A DNA stretch of 64,000 nucleotides from the human T2T-CHM13v2.0 reference genome, Homo sapiens. This document shows positions 1 through 13,921 of this stretch, in pieces (positions within the stretch are counted from its first letter, which is position 1; each line of letters opens with the position of its first letter). The stretch lies in NCBI RefSeq assembly GCF_009914755.1, contig NC_060937.1; one strand, given 5' to 3'. The notes beneath the pieces are model-generated. The model searched no databases. It saw only the letters and a program-made list of their open reading frames with translations, and was not told the DNA's origin. A program made the translations under genes and the position numbers.

Positions 1-22
1 CAGACGCATCTCACCGATCCGC

Positions 23-264
23 CTTTTCGTTCTTTCTTTTTATTCTCTTTAGACGGAGTTTCACTCTTGTCGCCCAGGGTGGAGTACGATGGCGGCTCTC
101 GGCTCACCGCACCCTCCGCCTCCCAGGTTCAAGTGATTCTCCTGCCTCAGCCTTCCCGAGTAGCTGGAATGACAGAGATGAGCCATCGTGCCCGGCTAAT
201 TTTTCTATTTTTACTACAGATGGGGTTTCTCCATCTTGGTCAGGCTGGTCTTCAACTTCCGACC
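23..264 (-). mobile_element. Alu (AluS-like), 5'-truncated
   Basis: agacggagtttcactcttgtcgcccagg ... caggctggtcttcaacttccgacc is antisense Alu; T-rich tail at the left. Confidence 0.85.
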
Positions 265-366
265 GTTGGAGAATCTTAACTTTCTTGGTGGTGGTTGTTT
301 TCCTTTTTCTTTTTTTTTCTTTTCTTTTCTTTCCTTCTCCTCCCCCCCCCACCCCCCTTGTCGTCG

Positions 367-412
367 TCCTCCTCCTCCTCCTCCTCCTCCTCCTCCTCCT
401 CCTCCTCCTCCT
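367..412. repeat. (CCT)n microsatellite
   Basis: Directly visible. Confidence 0.95.
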
Positions 413-1352
413 CTTTCATTTCTTTCAGCTGGGCTCTCCTACTTGTGTTGCTCTGTTGCTCACGCTGGTCTCAAACTCCTGGCCTTGACGCTTCTCCCGT
501 CACATCCGCCGTCTGGTTGTTGAAATGAGCATCTCTCGTAAAATGGAAAAGATGAAAGAAATAAACACGAAGACGGAAAGCACGGTGTGAACGTTTCTCT
601 TGCCGTCTCCCGGGGTGTACCTTGGACCCGGAAACACGGAGGGAGCTTGGCTGAGTGGGTTTTCGGTGCCGAAACCTCCCGAGGGCCTCCTTCCCTCTCC
701 CCCTTGTCCCCGCTTCTCCCCCAGCCGAGGCTCCCACCGCCGCCCTGGCATTTTCCATAGGAGAGGTATGGGAGAGGACTGACACGCCTTCCAGATCTAT
801 ATCCTGCCGGACGTCTCTGGCTCGGCGTGCCCCACCGGCTACCTGCCACCTTCCAGGGAGCTCTGAGGCGGATGCGACCCCCACCCCCCCGTCACGTCCC
901 GCTACCCTCCCCCGGCTGGCCTTTGCCGGGCGACCCCAGGGGAACCGCGTTGATGCTGCCTTCGGATCCTCCGGCGAAGACTTCCACCGGATGCCCCGGG
1001 TGGGCCGGTTGGGATCAGACTGGACCACCCCGGACCGTGCTGTTCTTGGGGGTGGGTTGACGTACAGGGTGGACTGGCAGCCCCAGCATTGTAAAGGGTG
1101 CGTGGGTATGGAAATGTCACCTAGGATGCCCTCCTTCCCTTCGGTCTGCCTTCAGCTGCCTCAGGCGTGAAGACAACTTCCCATCGGAACCTCTTCTCTT
1201 CCCTTTCTCCAGCACACAGATGAGACGCACGAGAGGGAGAAACAGCTCAATAGATACCGCTGACCTTCATTTGTGGAATCCTCAGTCATCGACACACAAG
1301 ACAGGTGACTAGGCAGGGACACAGATCAAACACTATTTCCGGGTCCTCGTGG

Positions 1353-1359
1353 TGGGATT

Positions 1360-1416
<57 letters not shown>

Positions 1417-1442
1417 CGCGCACGCGCGCACACACACACACA
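1353..1442. repeat. (CT)n followed by a (CG/CA)n tract
   Basis: Directly visible. Confidence 0.95.
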
Positions 1443-1574
1443 ATTTCCATATCTAGTTCAGAGAGCACACTCACTTCCCCCTTTCACAGTACGCAGGCTG
1501 AGTAAAACCCGCCCCACCCTCCACCCGTTGGCTGACGAAACCCCTTCTCTACAATTTATGAAAAAGATGATCTG

Positions 1575-1857
1575 GGCCGGGCACGCTAGCTCACGCCTGT
1601 CACTCCGGCACTTTGGGAGGCCGAGGCGGGTGGATCGCTTGGGGCCGGGAGTTCGAGACCAGGCTGGCCGACGTGGCGAAACCCCGTCTCTCTGAAAAAT
1701 AGAACGATTAGCCGGGCCTGGTGGCGTGGGCTTGGAATCACGACCGCTCGGGAGACTGGGGCGGGCGACTTGTTCCAACCGGGGAGGCCGAGGTTGCGAT
1801 GAGCTGAGATCGTGCCGTGGCGATGCGGCCTGGATGACGGAGCGAGACCCCGTGTCG
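1575..1857 (+). mobile_element. Diverged, CpG-rich Alu
   Basis: ggccgggcacg...cactttgggaggccgaggcgggtggatc; B box gagttcgagacc; ends gagaccccgtgtc. Confidence 0.85.
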
Positions 1858-1884
1858 AGAGAATCATGATGTTATTATAAGATG

Positions 1885-2005
1885 AGTTGTGCGCGGTGAT
1901 GGCCGCCTGTAGTCGCGGCTACTCGGGAGGCTGAGACGAGGAGAAGATCACTTGAGGCCCCACAGGTCGAGGCTTCGGTCGGCCGTGACCCACTGTATCC
2001 TGGGC
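1885..2005 (+). mobile_element. Alu monomer (FRAM/FLAM-like), diverged
   Basis: gcctgtagtcgcggctactcgggaggctgag...gatcacttgag. Confidence 0.6.
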
Positions 2006-2039
2006 AGTCACCGGTCAAGGAGATATGCCCCTTCCCCGT

Positions 2040-2086
2040 TTGCTTTTCTTTTCTTCCCTTCTCTTTTCTTCTTTTTGCTTCTCTTT

Positions 2087-2138
<52 letters not shown>

Positions 2139-2280
2139 TTTCTCTCTTCCCCTCTTTCTTTCCTGCCTTCCTGCCTTTCTTCTTTTCTTCTTTCCTCCCT
2201 TCCTCCCTTCCTTCTTTCCTCCCGCCTCAGCCTCCCAAAGTGCTGGGATGACTGGCGTGAGGCACCATGCCTGCTTGGCC
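2040..2280 (-). repeat. (CTTT)n/pyrimidine tract joined to an antisense Alu 5' fragment
   Basis: CTTT run followed by cccgcctcagcctcccaaagtgctgggatgac. Confidence 0.8.
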
Positions 2281-2340
2281 CAAAGAGACCCTCTTGGAAA
2301 GTGAGACGCAGAGAGCGCCTTCCAGTGATCTCATTGACTG

Positions 2341-2490
2341 ATTTAGAGACGGCATCTCGCTCCGTCACCCCGGCAGTGGTGCCGTCGTAACTCACTCCCT
2401 GCAGCGTGGACGCTCCTGGACTCGAGCGATCCTTCCACCTCAGCCTCCAGAGTACAGAGCCTGGGACCGCGGGCACGCGCCACTGTGCCC
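2341..2490 (-). mobile_element. Alu arm fragment (AluJ-like)
   Basis: gagacggcatctcgctccgtcacc...ctcgagcgatccttccacctcagcctcc. Confidence 0.65.
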
Positions 2491-2507
2491 ACACCGTTTT
2501 TAATTGG

Positions 2508-2803
2508 TTTTTTTTTCCCCCGAGACAGAGTTTCACTCTCGTGGCCTAGACTGCAGTGCGGTGGCGCGATCTTGGCTCACCGCAACCTCTGCCTCCCGGT
2601 TTCAAGCGATTCTCCTGCATCGGCCTCCTGAGTAGCCGGGATTGCGGGCATGCGCTGCCACGTCTGGCTGATTTCGTATTTTTAGTGGAGACGGGGCTTC
2701 TCCATGTCGATCGGGCTGGTTTCGAACTCCCGACCTCAGGTGATCCGCCCTCCCCGGCCTCCGGAAGTGCTGGGATGACAGGCGTGAGCCACCGCGCCCG
2801 GCC
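2508..2803 (-). mobile_element. Full-length Alu (AluS)
   Basis: Poly-T, gagacagagtttcactctc ... cgacctcaggtgatccg ... gtgagccaccgcgcccggcc. Confidence 0.92.
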
Positions 2804-2958
2804 TTCATTTTTAAATGTTTTCCCACAGACGGGGTCTCATCATTTCTTTGCAACCCTCCTGCCCGGCGTCTCAAAGTGCTGGCGTGACGGGCGTGAGCCA
2901 CTGCGCCTGGACTCCGGGGAATGACTCACGACCACCATCGCTCTACTGATCCTTTCTC

Positions 2959-3006
<48 letters not shown>

Positions 3007-3987
3007 GATGAATTATCTTATGATTTATTTGTGTACTTATTTTCAGACGGAGTCTCGCTCTGGGCGGGGCGAGGCGAGGCGAGGCACAGCGCATCGCTTT
3101 GGAAGCCGCGGCAACGCCTTTCAAAGCCCCATTCGTATGCACAGAGCCTTATTCCCTTCCTGGAGTTGGAGCTGATGCCTTCCGTAGCCTTGGGCTTCTC
3201 TCCATTCGGAAGCTTTGACAGGCGCAACCCCACCCAGAGGCTGGCTGCGGCTGAGGATTAGGGGGTGTGTTGGGGCTGAAAACTGGGTCCCCTATTTTTG
3301 ATACCTCAGCCGACACATCCCCCGACCGCCATCGCTTGCTCGCCCTCTGAGATCCCCCGCCTCCACCGCCTTGCAGGCTCACCTCTTACTTTCATTTCTT
3401 CCTTTCTTGCGTTTGAGGAGGGGGTGCGGGAATGAGGGTGTGTGTGGGGAGGGGGTGCGGGGTGGGGACGGAGGGGAGCGTCCTAAGGGTCGATTTAGTG
3501 TCATGCCTCTTTCACCACCACCGCCACCACCGAAGATGACAGCAAGGATCGGCTAAATACCGCGTGTTCTCATCTAGAAGTGGGAACTTACAGATGACAG
3601 TTCTTGCATGGGCAGAACGAGGGGGACCGGGGACGCGGAAGCCTGCTTGAGGGAGGAGGGGTGGAAGGAGAGACAGCTTCAGGAAGAAAACAAAACACGA
3701 ATACTGTCGGACACAGCACTGACTACCCGGGTGATGAAATCATCTGCACACTGAACACCCCCGTCACAAGTTTACCTATGTCACAGTCTTGCACATGTAT
3801 GCTTGAACGACAAATAAAAGTTAGGGGGGAGAAGAGAGGAGAGAGAGAGAGAGAGAGAGACAGAGAGAGACAGAGAGAGAGAGAGAGGAGGGAGAGAGAA
3901 AACGAAACACCACCTCCTTGACCTGAGTCAGGGGGTTTCTGGCCTTTTGGGAGAACGTTCAGCGACAATGCAGTATTTGGGCCCGTT

Positions 3988-4290
3988 CTTTTTTTTTCTT
4001 CTTCTTTTCTTTCTTTTTTTTTGGACTGAGTCTCTCTCGCTCTGTCACCCAGGCTGCGGTGCGGTGGCGCTCTCTCGGCTCACTGAAACCTCTGCTTCCC
4101 GGGTTCCAGTGATTCTTCTTCGGTAGCTGGGATTACAGGCGCACACCATGACGGCCGGCTCATATTCCTATTTTCAGTAGAGACGGGGTTTCTCCACGTT
4201 GGCCACGCTGGTCTCGAACTCCTGACCTCAAATGATCCGCCTTCCTGGGCCTCCCAAAGTGCTGGAAACGACAGGCCTGAGCCGCCGGGA
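3988..4290 (-). mobile_element. Alu in LR1 (antisense wing)
   Basis: T tail, tctcgctctgtcacccaggctg ... ctcccaaagtgctgg. Confidence 0.9.
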
Positions 4291-4578
4291 TTTCAGCCTT
4301 TAAAAGCGCGGGCCCTGCCACCTTTCGCTGTGGCCCTTACGCTCAGAATGACGTGTCCTCTCTGCCGTAGGTTGACTCCTTGAGTCCCCTAGGCCATTGC
4401 ACTGTAGCCTGGGCAGCAAGAGCCAAACTCCGTCCCCCCACCTCCCCGCGCACATAATAACTAACTAACAAACTAACTAACTAACTAAACTAACTAAATA
4501 AATAAAATCTCTACACGTCACCTCTAAGTGTGTGTTCCCGTGAGGAGTGATTTCTAAGAAATGGCACTGTACACTGAA

Positions 4579-4978
<400 letters not shown>

Positions 4979-4984
4979 CTAGGG

Positions 4985-5342
4985 CCTTCTCTCTGTCTGT
5001 TTCTCTCTGTTCGTCTCTGTCTTTCTCTCTGTGTCTCTTTCTCTGTCTGTCTGTCTCTTTCTTTCTCTCTGTCTCTGTCTCTGTCTTTGTCTCTCTCTCT
5101 CCCTCTCTGCCTGTCTCACTGTGTCTGTCTTCTGTCTTACTCTCTTTCTCTCCCCGTCTGTCTCTCTCTCTCTCTCTCCCTCCCTGTTTGTTTCTCTCTC
5201 TCCCTCCCTGTCTGTTTCTCTCTCTCTCTTTCTGTCTGTTTCTGTCTCTCTCTGTCTGTCTATGTCTTTCTCTGTCTGTCTCTTTCTCTGTCTGTCTGCC
5301 TCTCTCTTTCTTTTTCTGTGTCTCTCTGTCGGTCTCTCTCTC

Positions 5343-5377
<35 letters not shown>

Positions 5378-5571
5378 GTGCCTATCTTCTGTCTTACTCT
5401 CTTTCTCTGCCTGTCTGTCTGTCTCTCCCTCCCTTTCTGTTTCTCTCTCTCTCTCTCTCTCTCTCTCCCCCTCTCCCTGTCTGTTTCTCTCCGTCTCTCT
5501 CTCTTTCTGTCTGTTTCTCACTGTCTCTCTCTGTCCATCTCTCTCTCTCTCTGTCTGTCTCTTTCGTTCTC

Positions 5572-5631
<60 letters not shown>

Positions 5632-5674
5632 ACTCTCTGTGTGTATCTTCTGTCTTACTCTCCTTCTCTGCCTG

Positions 5675-5708
<34 letters not shown>

Positions 5709-6049
5709 CCTTTCTGTCTCTCTCTCTCTCTGTCCCTCTCTCTTTCTGTCTGTTCCTCTCTCTCTCTGTCTCTGTCTTTCTCTGTCTGTCTGCCTCTCTC
5801 TTTCTTTCTCTTTCTGTGTCTCTCTGTCTCTCTCTCTGTGCCTATCTTCTGTCTTACTCTCTTTCTCTGCCTGCCTGCCTGTCTGTCTGTCTGTCTCTCT
5901 CTGTCTCTCTCCCTGCCTTTCTGTTTCTCTCTCTCTCTCCCTCTCTCTCTCCCTCTCTCGCTCTCTCTGTCTTTCTCTCTTTCTCTCTGTTTCTCTGTCT
6001 CTCTCTGTCCGTCTCTGTCTTTTTCTGTCTGTCTCTCTCTTTCTTTCTG

Positions 6050-6082
<33 letters not shown>

Positions 6083-7128
6083 GCTTGTCTCTCTCACTGT
6101 GTCTGTCCTCTGTCTTACTCTCCTTCTCTGCCTGTCCGTCTGTCTGTCTGTCTCTCTCTCTCTCCCTCCCTTTCTGTTTCTCTCTCTCTCTCTCTCTCTC
6201 TCTGCCTGTTTCTCTTTCTCTCTCTGTCTGTCTCTGTCTTTCTCTGTCTGTCTCTTTCTCTGTCTGTCTGTCTCCTTCTCTCTGTCTCCGTCTCTGTCTC
6301 TCTCTCTCTGTCTCTCTCTCTCTGCCTGTCTCACTGTGTCTGTCTTCTGTCTTATTCTCTTTCTCTGTCTGTCTGTCTCTCTCTCTCCCTTCCTGTCTCT
6401 TTCTCTCTCTCTCTCTCTTTCTGTCTGTTTCTCTCTGCCTGTCTCCGTCTTTCTCTGTCTGCCTCTCTCTTTCTTTTTCTGCGTCTCTCTGTCTCTCTCT
6501 CTCTGTGCCTATCTTCTGTCTTACTCTGTTTCTCTGCCTGCCTGTCTGTCTGTCTGTCTCTCTCTCTCTCTGTCTCTCTCTCTTTCTGTCTGTTTCTCTC
6601 TGTCTCTCTGTCCATCTCTGTCTTTCTCTGTCCGTCTCTCTCTTTCTCCCTGTCTCTGTCTCTGCCTCTGCCTCTCTCTCTCTCTGTCTCTCTCTTTCTA
6701 TCTGTTTCTCTCTGTCTCTCTGTCCATCTCTGTCTTTCTCTGTCTGTCTCTCTCTTTCTCCCTGTCTCTGTCTCTGCCTCTCTCTCTCTCTCTCTGTCTG
6801 TCTCTCTCACTGTGTGTGTGTCTCTGTCTCTGCCTCTCTCTCTCTCTCTCTCTCTGTCTGTCTCTCTCACTGTGTGTGTCTGTCTTCTGTCTTACTCTCC
6901 TTCTCTGCCTGTCCGTCTGTCTGTCTGTCTCTCCCTCTCTCTCCCTCCCTTTCTGTTTCTCTCTCTCTCTCTCTCTCTTTCTGTCTGTTTCTCTCTTTCT
7001 CTCTCTGTCTGTCTCTTTCTCTGTCTGTCTGTCTCTCTCTTTCTTTTTCTCTGTCTCTCTGTCTCTCTCTGTGCCTGTCTCTCTGTCTGTGCCTATCTTC
7101 TGTCTTACTCTCTTTCTCTGGCTGACTG

Positions 7129-7169
<41 letters not shown>

Positions 7170-7286
7170 GTCTCCGTCCCTCCCTCCCTGTCTGTCTGTT
7201 TCTCTCTCTGTCCATTTCTGTCTGTCTCTTTCTCTTTCTCTCTCTTTCTTTCTCTCTGTCTCTCTCTGTCTCTCTCTGTCTCTCTC

Positions 7287-7327
<41 letters not shown>

Positions 7328-7406
7328 CTCTCTCACTGTGTCGGTCTTCTGTCTTACTCTCTTTCTCTGCCTGCCTCTCTGTCTGTCTGTCTGTCTCTCT
7401 CCCTCC

Positions 7407-7441
<35 letters not shown>

Positions 7442-7543
7442 ACTGTCTCTCCGTCTCTCTCTCTTTCTGTCTGTTTCTCTCTGTCTCTGTCTTTCTGTGT
7501 GTCTGTCTGTCTCTCTCTCTATTTGTCTTTCTCCCTCCCTGTC

Positions 7544-7584
<41 letters not shown>

Positions 7585-7650
7585 GTCTGTTTCTCTCTAT
7601 CTCTCGCTGTCCATCTCTGTCTTTCTATGTCTGTCTCTTTCTCTGTCAGT
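4985..7650 (+). repeat. LR1 CT/CTGT low-complexity polypyrimidine array (~2.7 kb)
   Basis: Almost A-free + strand; recurring anchor tcttctgtcttactct. Confidence 0.97.
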
Positions 7651-8307
7651 CTGTCAGACACCCCCGTGCCGGGTAGGGCCCTGCCCCTTCCACGAAAGTG
7701 AGAAGCGCGTGCTTCGGTGCTTAGAGAGGCCGAGAGGAATCTAGACAGGCGGGCCTTGCTGGGCTTCCCCACTCGGTGTATGATTTCGGGAGGTCGAGGC
7801 CGGGTCCCCGCTTGGATGCGAGGGGCATTTTCAGACTTTTCTCTCGGTCACGTGTGGCGTCCGTACTTCTCCTATTTCCCCGATAAGCTCCTCGACTTCA
7901 ACATAAACGGCGTCCTAAGGGTCGATTTAGTGTCATGCCTCTTTCACCGCCACCACCGAAGATGAAAGCAAAGATCGGCTAAATACCGCGTGTTCTCATC
8001 TAGAAGTGGGAACTTACAGATGACAGTTCTTGCATGGGCAGAACGAGGGGGACCGGGGACGCGGAAGCCTGCTTGAGGGAGGAGGGGTGGAAGGAGAGAC
8101 AGCTTCAGGAAGAAAACAAAACACGAATACTGTCGGACACAGCACTGACTACCCGGGTGATGAAATCATCTGCACACTGAACACCCCCGTCACAAGTTTA
8201 CCTATGTCACAGTCTTGCTCATGTATGCTTGAACGACAAATAAAAGTTCGGGGGGGAGAAGAGAGGAGAGAGAGAGAGAGACGGGGAGAGAGGGGGGAGA
8301 GGGGGGG

Positions 8308-8364
<57 letters not shown>

Positions 8365-8455
8365 GTAAAACCAACCACCACCTCCTTGACCTGAGTCAGG
8401 GGGTTTCTGGCCTTTTGGGAGAACGTTCAGCGACAATGCAGTATTTGGGCCCGTT

Positions 8456-8757
8456 CTTTTTTTCTTCTTCTTCTTTTCTTTCTTTTTTTTGGACTGAGTC
8501 TCTCTCGCTCTGTCACCCAGGCTGCGGTGCGGTGGCGCTCTCTCGGCTCACTGAAACCTCTGCTTCCCGGGTTCCAGTGATTCTTCTTCGGTAGCTGGGA
8601 TTACAGGTGCGCACCATGACGGCCGGCTCATCGTTCTATTTTTAGTAGAGACGGGGTTTCTCCACGTTGGCCACGCTGGTCTCGAACTCCTGACCACAAA
8701 TGATCCACCTTCCTGGGCCTCCCAAAGTGCTGGAAACGACAGGCCTGAGCCGCCGGG
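8456..8757 (-). mobile_element. Alu in LR2 (antisense wing)
   Basis: Near-identical to 3,988-4,290. Confidence 0.9.
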
Positions 8758-9025
8758 ATTTCAGCCTTTAAAAGCGCGGGCCCTGCCACCTTTCGCTGCG
8801 GCCCTTACGCTCAGAATGACGTGTCCTCTCTGCCATAGGTTGACTCCTTGAGTCCCCTAGGCCATTGCACTGTAGCCTGGGCAGCAAGAGCCAAACTCCG
8901 TCCCCCCACCTCCCCGCGCACATAATAACTAACTAACTAACTAACTAACTAAAATCTCTACACGTCACCCATAAGTGTGTGTTCCCGTGAGGAGTGATTT
9001 CTAAGAAATGGCACTGTACACTGAA

Positions 9026-9401
<376 letters not shown>

Positions 9402-9415
9402 CTACTGGGCTAGGG

Positions 9416-9935
9416 CCTTCTCTCTGTCTGTTTCTCTCTGTTCGTCTCTGTCTTTCTCTCTGTGTCTCTTTCTCTGTCTGTCTGTCTGTCTGTCTGTCTC
9501 TTTCTTTCTTTCTGTCTCTGTCTTTGTCCCTCTCTCTCCCTCTCTGCCTGTCTCACTGTGTCTGTCTTCTATCTTACTCTCTTTCTCTCCCCGTCTGTCT
9601 CTCTCTCACTCCCTCCCTGTCTGTTTCTCTCTCTCTCTCTTTCTGTCTGTTTCTGTCTCTCTCTGTCTGCCTCTCTCTTTCTCTATCTGTCTCTTTCTCT
9701 GTCTGTCTGCCCCTCTCTTTCTTTTTCTGTGTCTCTCTGTCTGTCTCTCTCTCTCTCTGTGCCTATCTTCTGTCTTACTCTCTTTCTCTGCCTGTCTGTC
9801 TGTCTCTCTCTGTCTCTCCCTCCCTTTCTGCTTCTCTCTCTCTCTCTCTCTCTCTCCCCCCTCCCTGTCTGTTTCTCTCTGTCTCCCTCTCTTTCTGTCT
9901 GTTTCTCACTGTCTCTCTCTGTCTGTCTGTTTCAT

Positions 9936-9970
<35 letters not shown>

Positions 9971-10070
9971 GTCTCTCCCTCTCTGTGTGTATCTTTTGTC
10001 TTACTCTCCTTCTCTGCCTGTCCGTCTGTCTGTCTGTCTCTCTCTCTCCCTGTCCCTCTCTCTTTCTGTC

Positions 10071-10119
<49 letters not shown>

Positions 10120-10396
10120 GTCTTTCTCTGTCTGTCCCTTTCTCTGTCTGTCTGCCTCTCTCTTTCTCTTTCTGTGTCTCTCTGTCTCTCTCTCTGTGCC
10201 TATCTTCTGTCTTACTCTCTTTCTCTGCCTGTCTATCTGTCTGTCTCTCTCTGTCTCTCTCCCTGCCTTTCTGTTTCTCTCTCTCTCCCTCTCTCGCTCT
10301 CTCTGTCTTTCTCTCTTTCTCTCTGTTTCTCTGTCTCTCTCTGTCCGTCTCTGTCTTTTTCTGTCTGTCTGTCTCTCTCTTTCTTTCTGTCGTCTG

Positions 10397-10432
<36 letters not shown>

Positions 10433-10623
10433 TCCTTGTCTCTCTCACTGTGTCTGTCTTCTGTCTTACTCTCCTTCTCTGCCTGTCCATCTGTCTGTCT
10501 GTCTCTCTCTCTCTCTCCCTACCTTTCTGTTTCTCTCTCGCTAGCTCTCTCTCTCTCTGCCTGTTTCTCTCTTTCTCTCTCTGTCTTTCTCTGTCTGTCT
10601 CTTTCTCTGTCTGTCTGTCTCTT

Positions 10624-10668
<45 letters not shown>

Positions 10669-10911
10669 GCCTCTCTCACTGTGTCTGTCTTCTGTCTTAT
10701 TCTCTTTCTCTCTCTGTCTCTCTCTCTCTCTCCTTTCCTGTCTGTTTTTCTCTCTCTCTCTCTCTTTCTGCCTGTTTCTCTCTGTCTGTCTCTGTCTTTC
10801 TCTGTCTGTCTGCCTCTCTCTTTCTTTTTCTGCGTCTCTCTGTCTCTCTCTCTCTCTCTCTGTTCCTATCTTCTGTCTTACTCTGTTTCCTTGCCTGCCT
10901 GCCTGTCTGTG

Positions 10912-10949
<38 letters not shown>

Positions 10950-11058
10950 CCTTTCTCTTTCTCTGTCTCTCTCTCTCTTTCTGTGTGTTTCTCTCTGTCT
11001 CTCTGTCCATCTCTGTCTTTCTATGTCTGTCTCTCTCTTTCTCTCTGTCTCTGTCTCT

Positions 11059-11092
<34 letters not shown>

Positions 11093-11194
11093 GTCTCTCT
11101 CACTGTGTGTGTCTGTCTTCTGTCTTACTCTCCTTCTCTGCCTGTCCGTCTGTCTGTCTGTCTCTCTCTCTCCCTGTCCCTCTCTCTTTCTGTC

Positions 11195-11247
<53 letters not shown>

Positions 11248-11524
11248 GTCTTTCTCTGTCTGTCCCTTTCTCTGTCTGTCTGCCTCTCTCTTTCTCTTTC
11301 TGTGTCTCTCTGTCTCTCTCTCTGTGCCTATCTTCTGTCTTACTCTCTTTCTCTGCCTGTCTATCTGTCTGTCTCTCTCTGTCTCTCTCCCTGCCTTTCT
11401 GTTTCTCTCTCTCTCCCTCTCTCGCTCTCTCTGTCTTTCTCTCTTTCTCTCTGTTTCTCTGTCTCTCTCTGTCCGTCTCTGTCTTTTTCTGTCTGTCTGT
11501 CTCTCTCTTTCTTTCTGTCGTCTG

Positions 11525-11560
<36 letters not shown>

Positions 11561-11753
11561 TCCTTGTCTCTCTCACTGTGTCTGTCTTCTGTCTTACTCT
11601 CCTTCTCTGCCTGTCCATCTGTCTGTCTGTCTCTCTCTCTCTCTCCCTACCTTTCTGTTTCTCTCTCGCTAGCTCTCTCTCTCTCTCTGCCTGTTTCTCT
11701 CTTTCTCTCTCTGTCTTTCTCTGTCTGTCTCTTTCTCTGTCTGTCTGTCTCTT

Positions 11754-11798
<45 letters not shown>

Positions 11799-12041
11799 GC
11801 CTCTCTCACTGTGTCTGTCTTCTGTCTTATTCTCTTTCTCTCTCTGTCTCTCTCTCTCTCTCCTTTCCTGTCTGTGTTTCTCTCTCTCTCTCTCTTTCTG
11901 CCTGTTTCTCTCTGTCTGTCTCTGTCTTTCTCTGTCTGTCTGCCTCTCTCTTTCTTTTTCTGCGTCTCTCTGTCTCTCTCTCTCTCTCTCTGTTCCTATC
12001 TTCTGTCTTACTCTGTTTCCTTGCCTGCCTGCCTGTCTGTG

Positions 12042-12079
<38 letters not shown>

Positions 12080-12189
12080 CCTTTCTCTTTCTCTGTCTCT
12101 CTCTCTCTTTCTGTGTGTTTCTCTCTGTCTCTCTGTCCATCTCTGTCTTTCTATGTCTGTCTCTCTCTTTCTCTCTGTCTCTGTCTCTG

Positions 12190-12232
<43 letters not shown>

Positions 12233-13151
12233 GTCTCTCTCACTGTGTGTGTCTGTCTTCTGTCTTACTCTCCTTCTCTGCCTGTCCGTCTGTCTGTCTG
12301 TCTCTCCCTCTCTCTCCCTCCCTTTCTGTTTCTCTCTCTCTCTCTTTCTGTCTGTTTCTCTCTTTCTCTCTCTGTCTGTCTCTTTCTCTGTCTGTCTGTC
12401 TCTCTCTTTCTTTTTCTCTGTCTCTCTGTCTCTCTCTGTGTCTGTCTCTCTGTCTGTGCCTATCTTCTGTCTTACTCTCTTTCTCTGGCTGTCTGCCTGT
12501 CTCTCTCTCTCTCTCTGTCTGTCTCCGTCCCTCTCTCCCTGTCTGTCTGTTTCTCTCTCTGCCTCTCTCTCTCTCTGTCTGTCTCTTTCTCTGTCTGTCT
12601 GTCTCTCTCTTTCTTTTTCTCTGTCTCTCTGTCTCTCTCTGTGTCTGTCTCTCTTTCTGTGCCTATCTTCTGTCTTACTCTCTTTCTCTGGCTGTCTGCC
12701 TGTCTCTCTCTCTCTGCCTGTCTCCGTCCCTCCCTCCCTGTCTGTCTGTTTCTCTCTCTGTCTCTGTCTCTCTGTCCATCTCTGTCTGTCTCTTTCTCTT
12801 TCTCTCTCTCTGTCTCTGTCTCTCTCTCTCTCTGCCTGTCTCTCTCACTGTGTCTGTCTTCTGTCTTACTCTCTTTCTCTGCCTGCCTCTCTGTCTGTCT
12901 GTCTCTCTCCCTCCATGTCTCTCTCTCTCTCTCACTCACTCTCTCTCCGTCTCTCTCTCTTTCTGTCTGTTTCTCTCTCTGTCTGTCTCTCTCCCTCCAT
13001 GTCTCTCTCTCTCTCTCTCACTCACTCTCTCTCCGTCTCTCTCTCTCTTTCTGTCTGTTTCTCTCTCTGTCTGTCTCTCTCCCTCCATGTCTCTCTCTCT
13101 CCCTCTCACTCACTCTCTCTCCGTCTCTCTCTCTCTCTTTCTGTCTGTTTC

Positions 13152-13212
<61 letters not shown>

Positions 13213-13245
13213 GTCTTTCTCCCTCCCTGTCTGTCTGTCTGTCTC

Positions 13246-13278
<33 letters not shown>

Positions 13279-13357
13279 TTCTCTTTCTGTCTGTTTCTCT
13301 CTATCTCTCGCTGTCCATCTCTGTCTTTCTATGTCTGTCTCTTTCTCTGTCAGTCTG
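9416..13357 (+). repeat. LR2 CT/CTGT array (~3.9 kb), containing a ~1.13-kb tandem duplication
   Basis: Rare markers recur: gctagc at 10,540/11,668, gtctatctg at 10,231/11,359, tgttcctatc at 10,861/11,991. Confidence 0.95.
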
Positions 13358-13618
13358 TCAGACACCCCCGTGCCGGGTAGGGCCCTGCCCCTTCCACGAG
13401 AGTGAGAAGCGCGTGCTTCGGTGCTTAGAGAGGCCGAGAGGAATCTAGACAGGCGGGCCTTGCTGGGCTTCCCCACTCGGTGTATGATTTCGGGAGGTCG
13501 AGGCCGGGTCCCCGCTTGGATGCGAGGGGCATTTTCAGACTTTTCTCTCGGTCACGTGTGGCGTCCGTACTTCTCCTATTTCCCCGATAAGCTCCTCGAC
13601 TTCAACATAAACTGTTAA

Positions 13619-13825
13619 GGCCGGACGCAACACGGCGAAACCCCGTCTCTACTAAAAATACAAAGCTGAGTCGGGAGCGGTGGGGCAGGCCCCTGTAATG
13701 CCAGCTCCTCGGGAGGCTGAGGCGGGAGAATCGCTTGAACCAGGGAAGCGGAGGCTGCAGGGAGCCGAGATCGCGCCACTGCACTACGGCCCAGGCTGTA
13801 GAGTGAGTGAGACTCGGTCTCTAAA
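13619..13825 (+). mobile_element. 5'-truncated Alu
   Basis: ggcgaaaccccgtctctactaaaaataca ... gaggctgaggcgggagaatcgcttgaacc ... gagactcggtctc. Confidence 0.88.
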
Positions 13826-13901
13826 TAATTACGGAAATTAATTAATTCATTAATTCTTTTCCCTGCTGACGGACATTTGCAGGCAGGCATCGGTTGTCTT
13901 C

Positions 13902-13921
13902 GGGCATCACCTAGCGGCCAC
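13902..13921 (-). promoter_or_regulatory. CTCF-like motif
   Basis: Minus strand GTGGCCGCTAGGTGATGCCC resembles the CTCF core TGGCCACCAGGGGGCGC. Confidence 0.55.
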
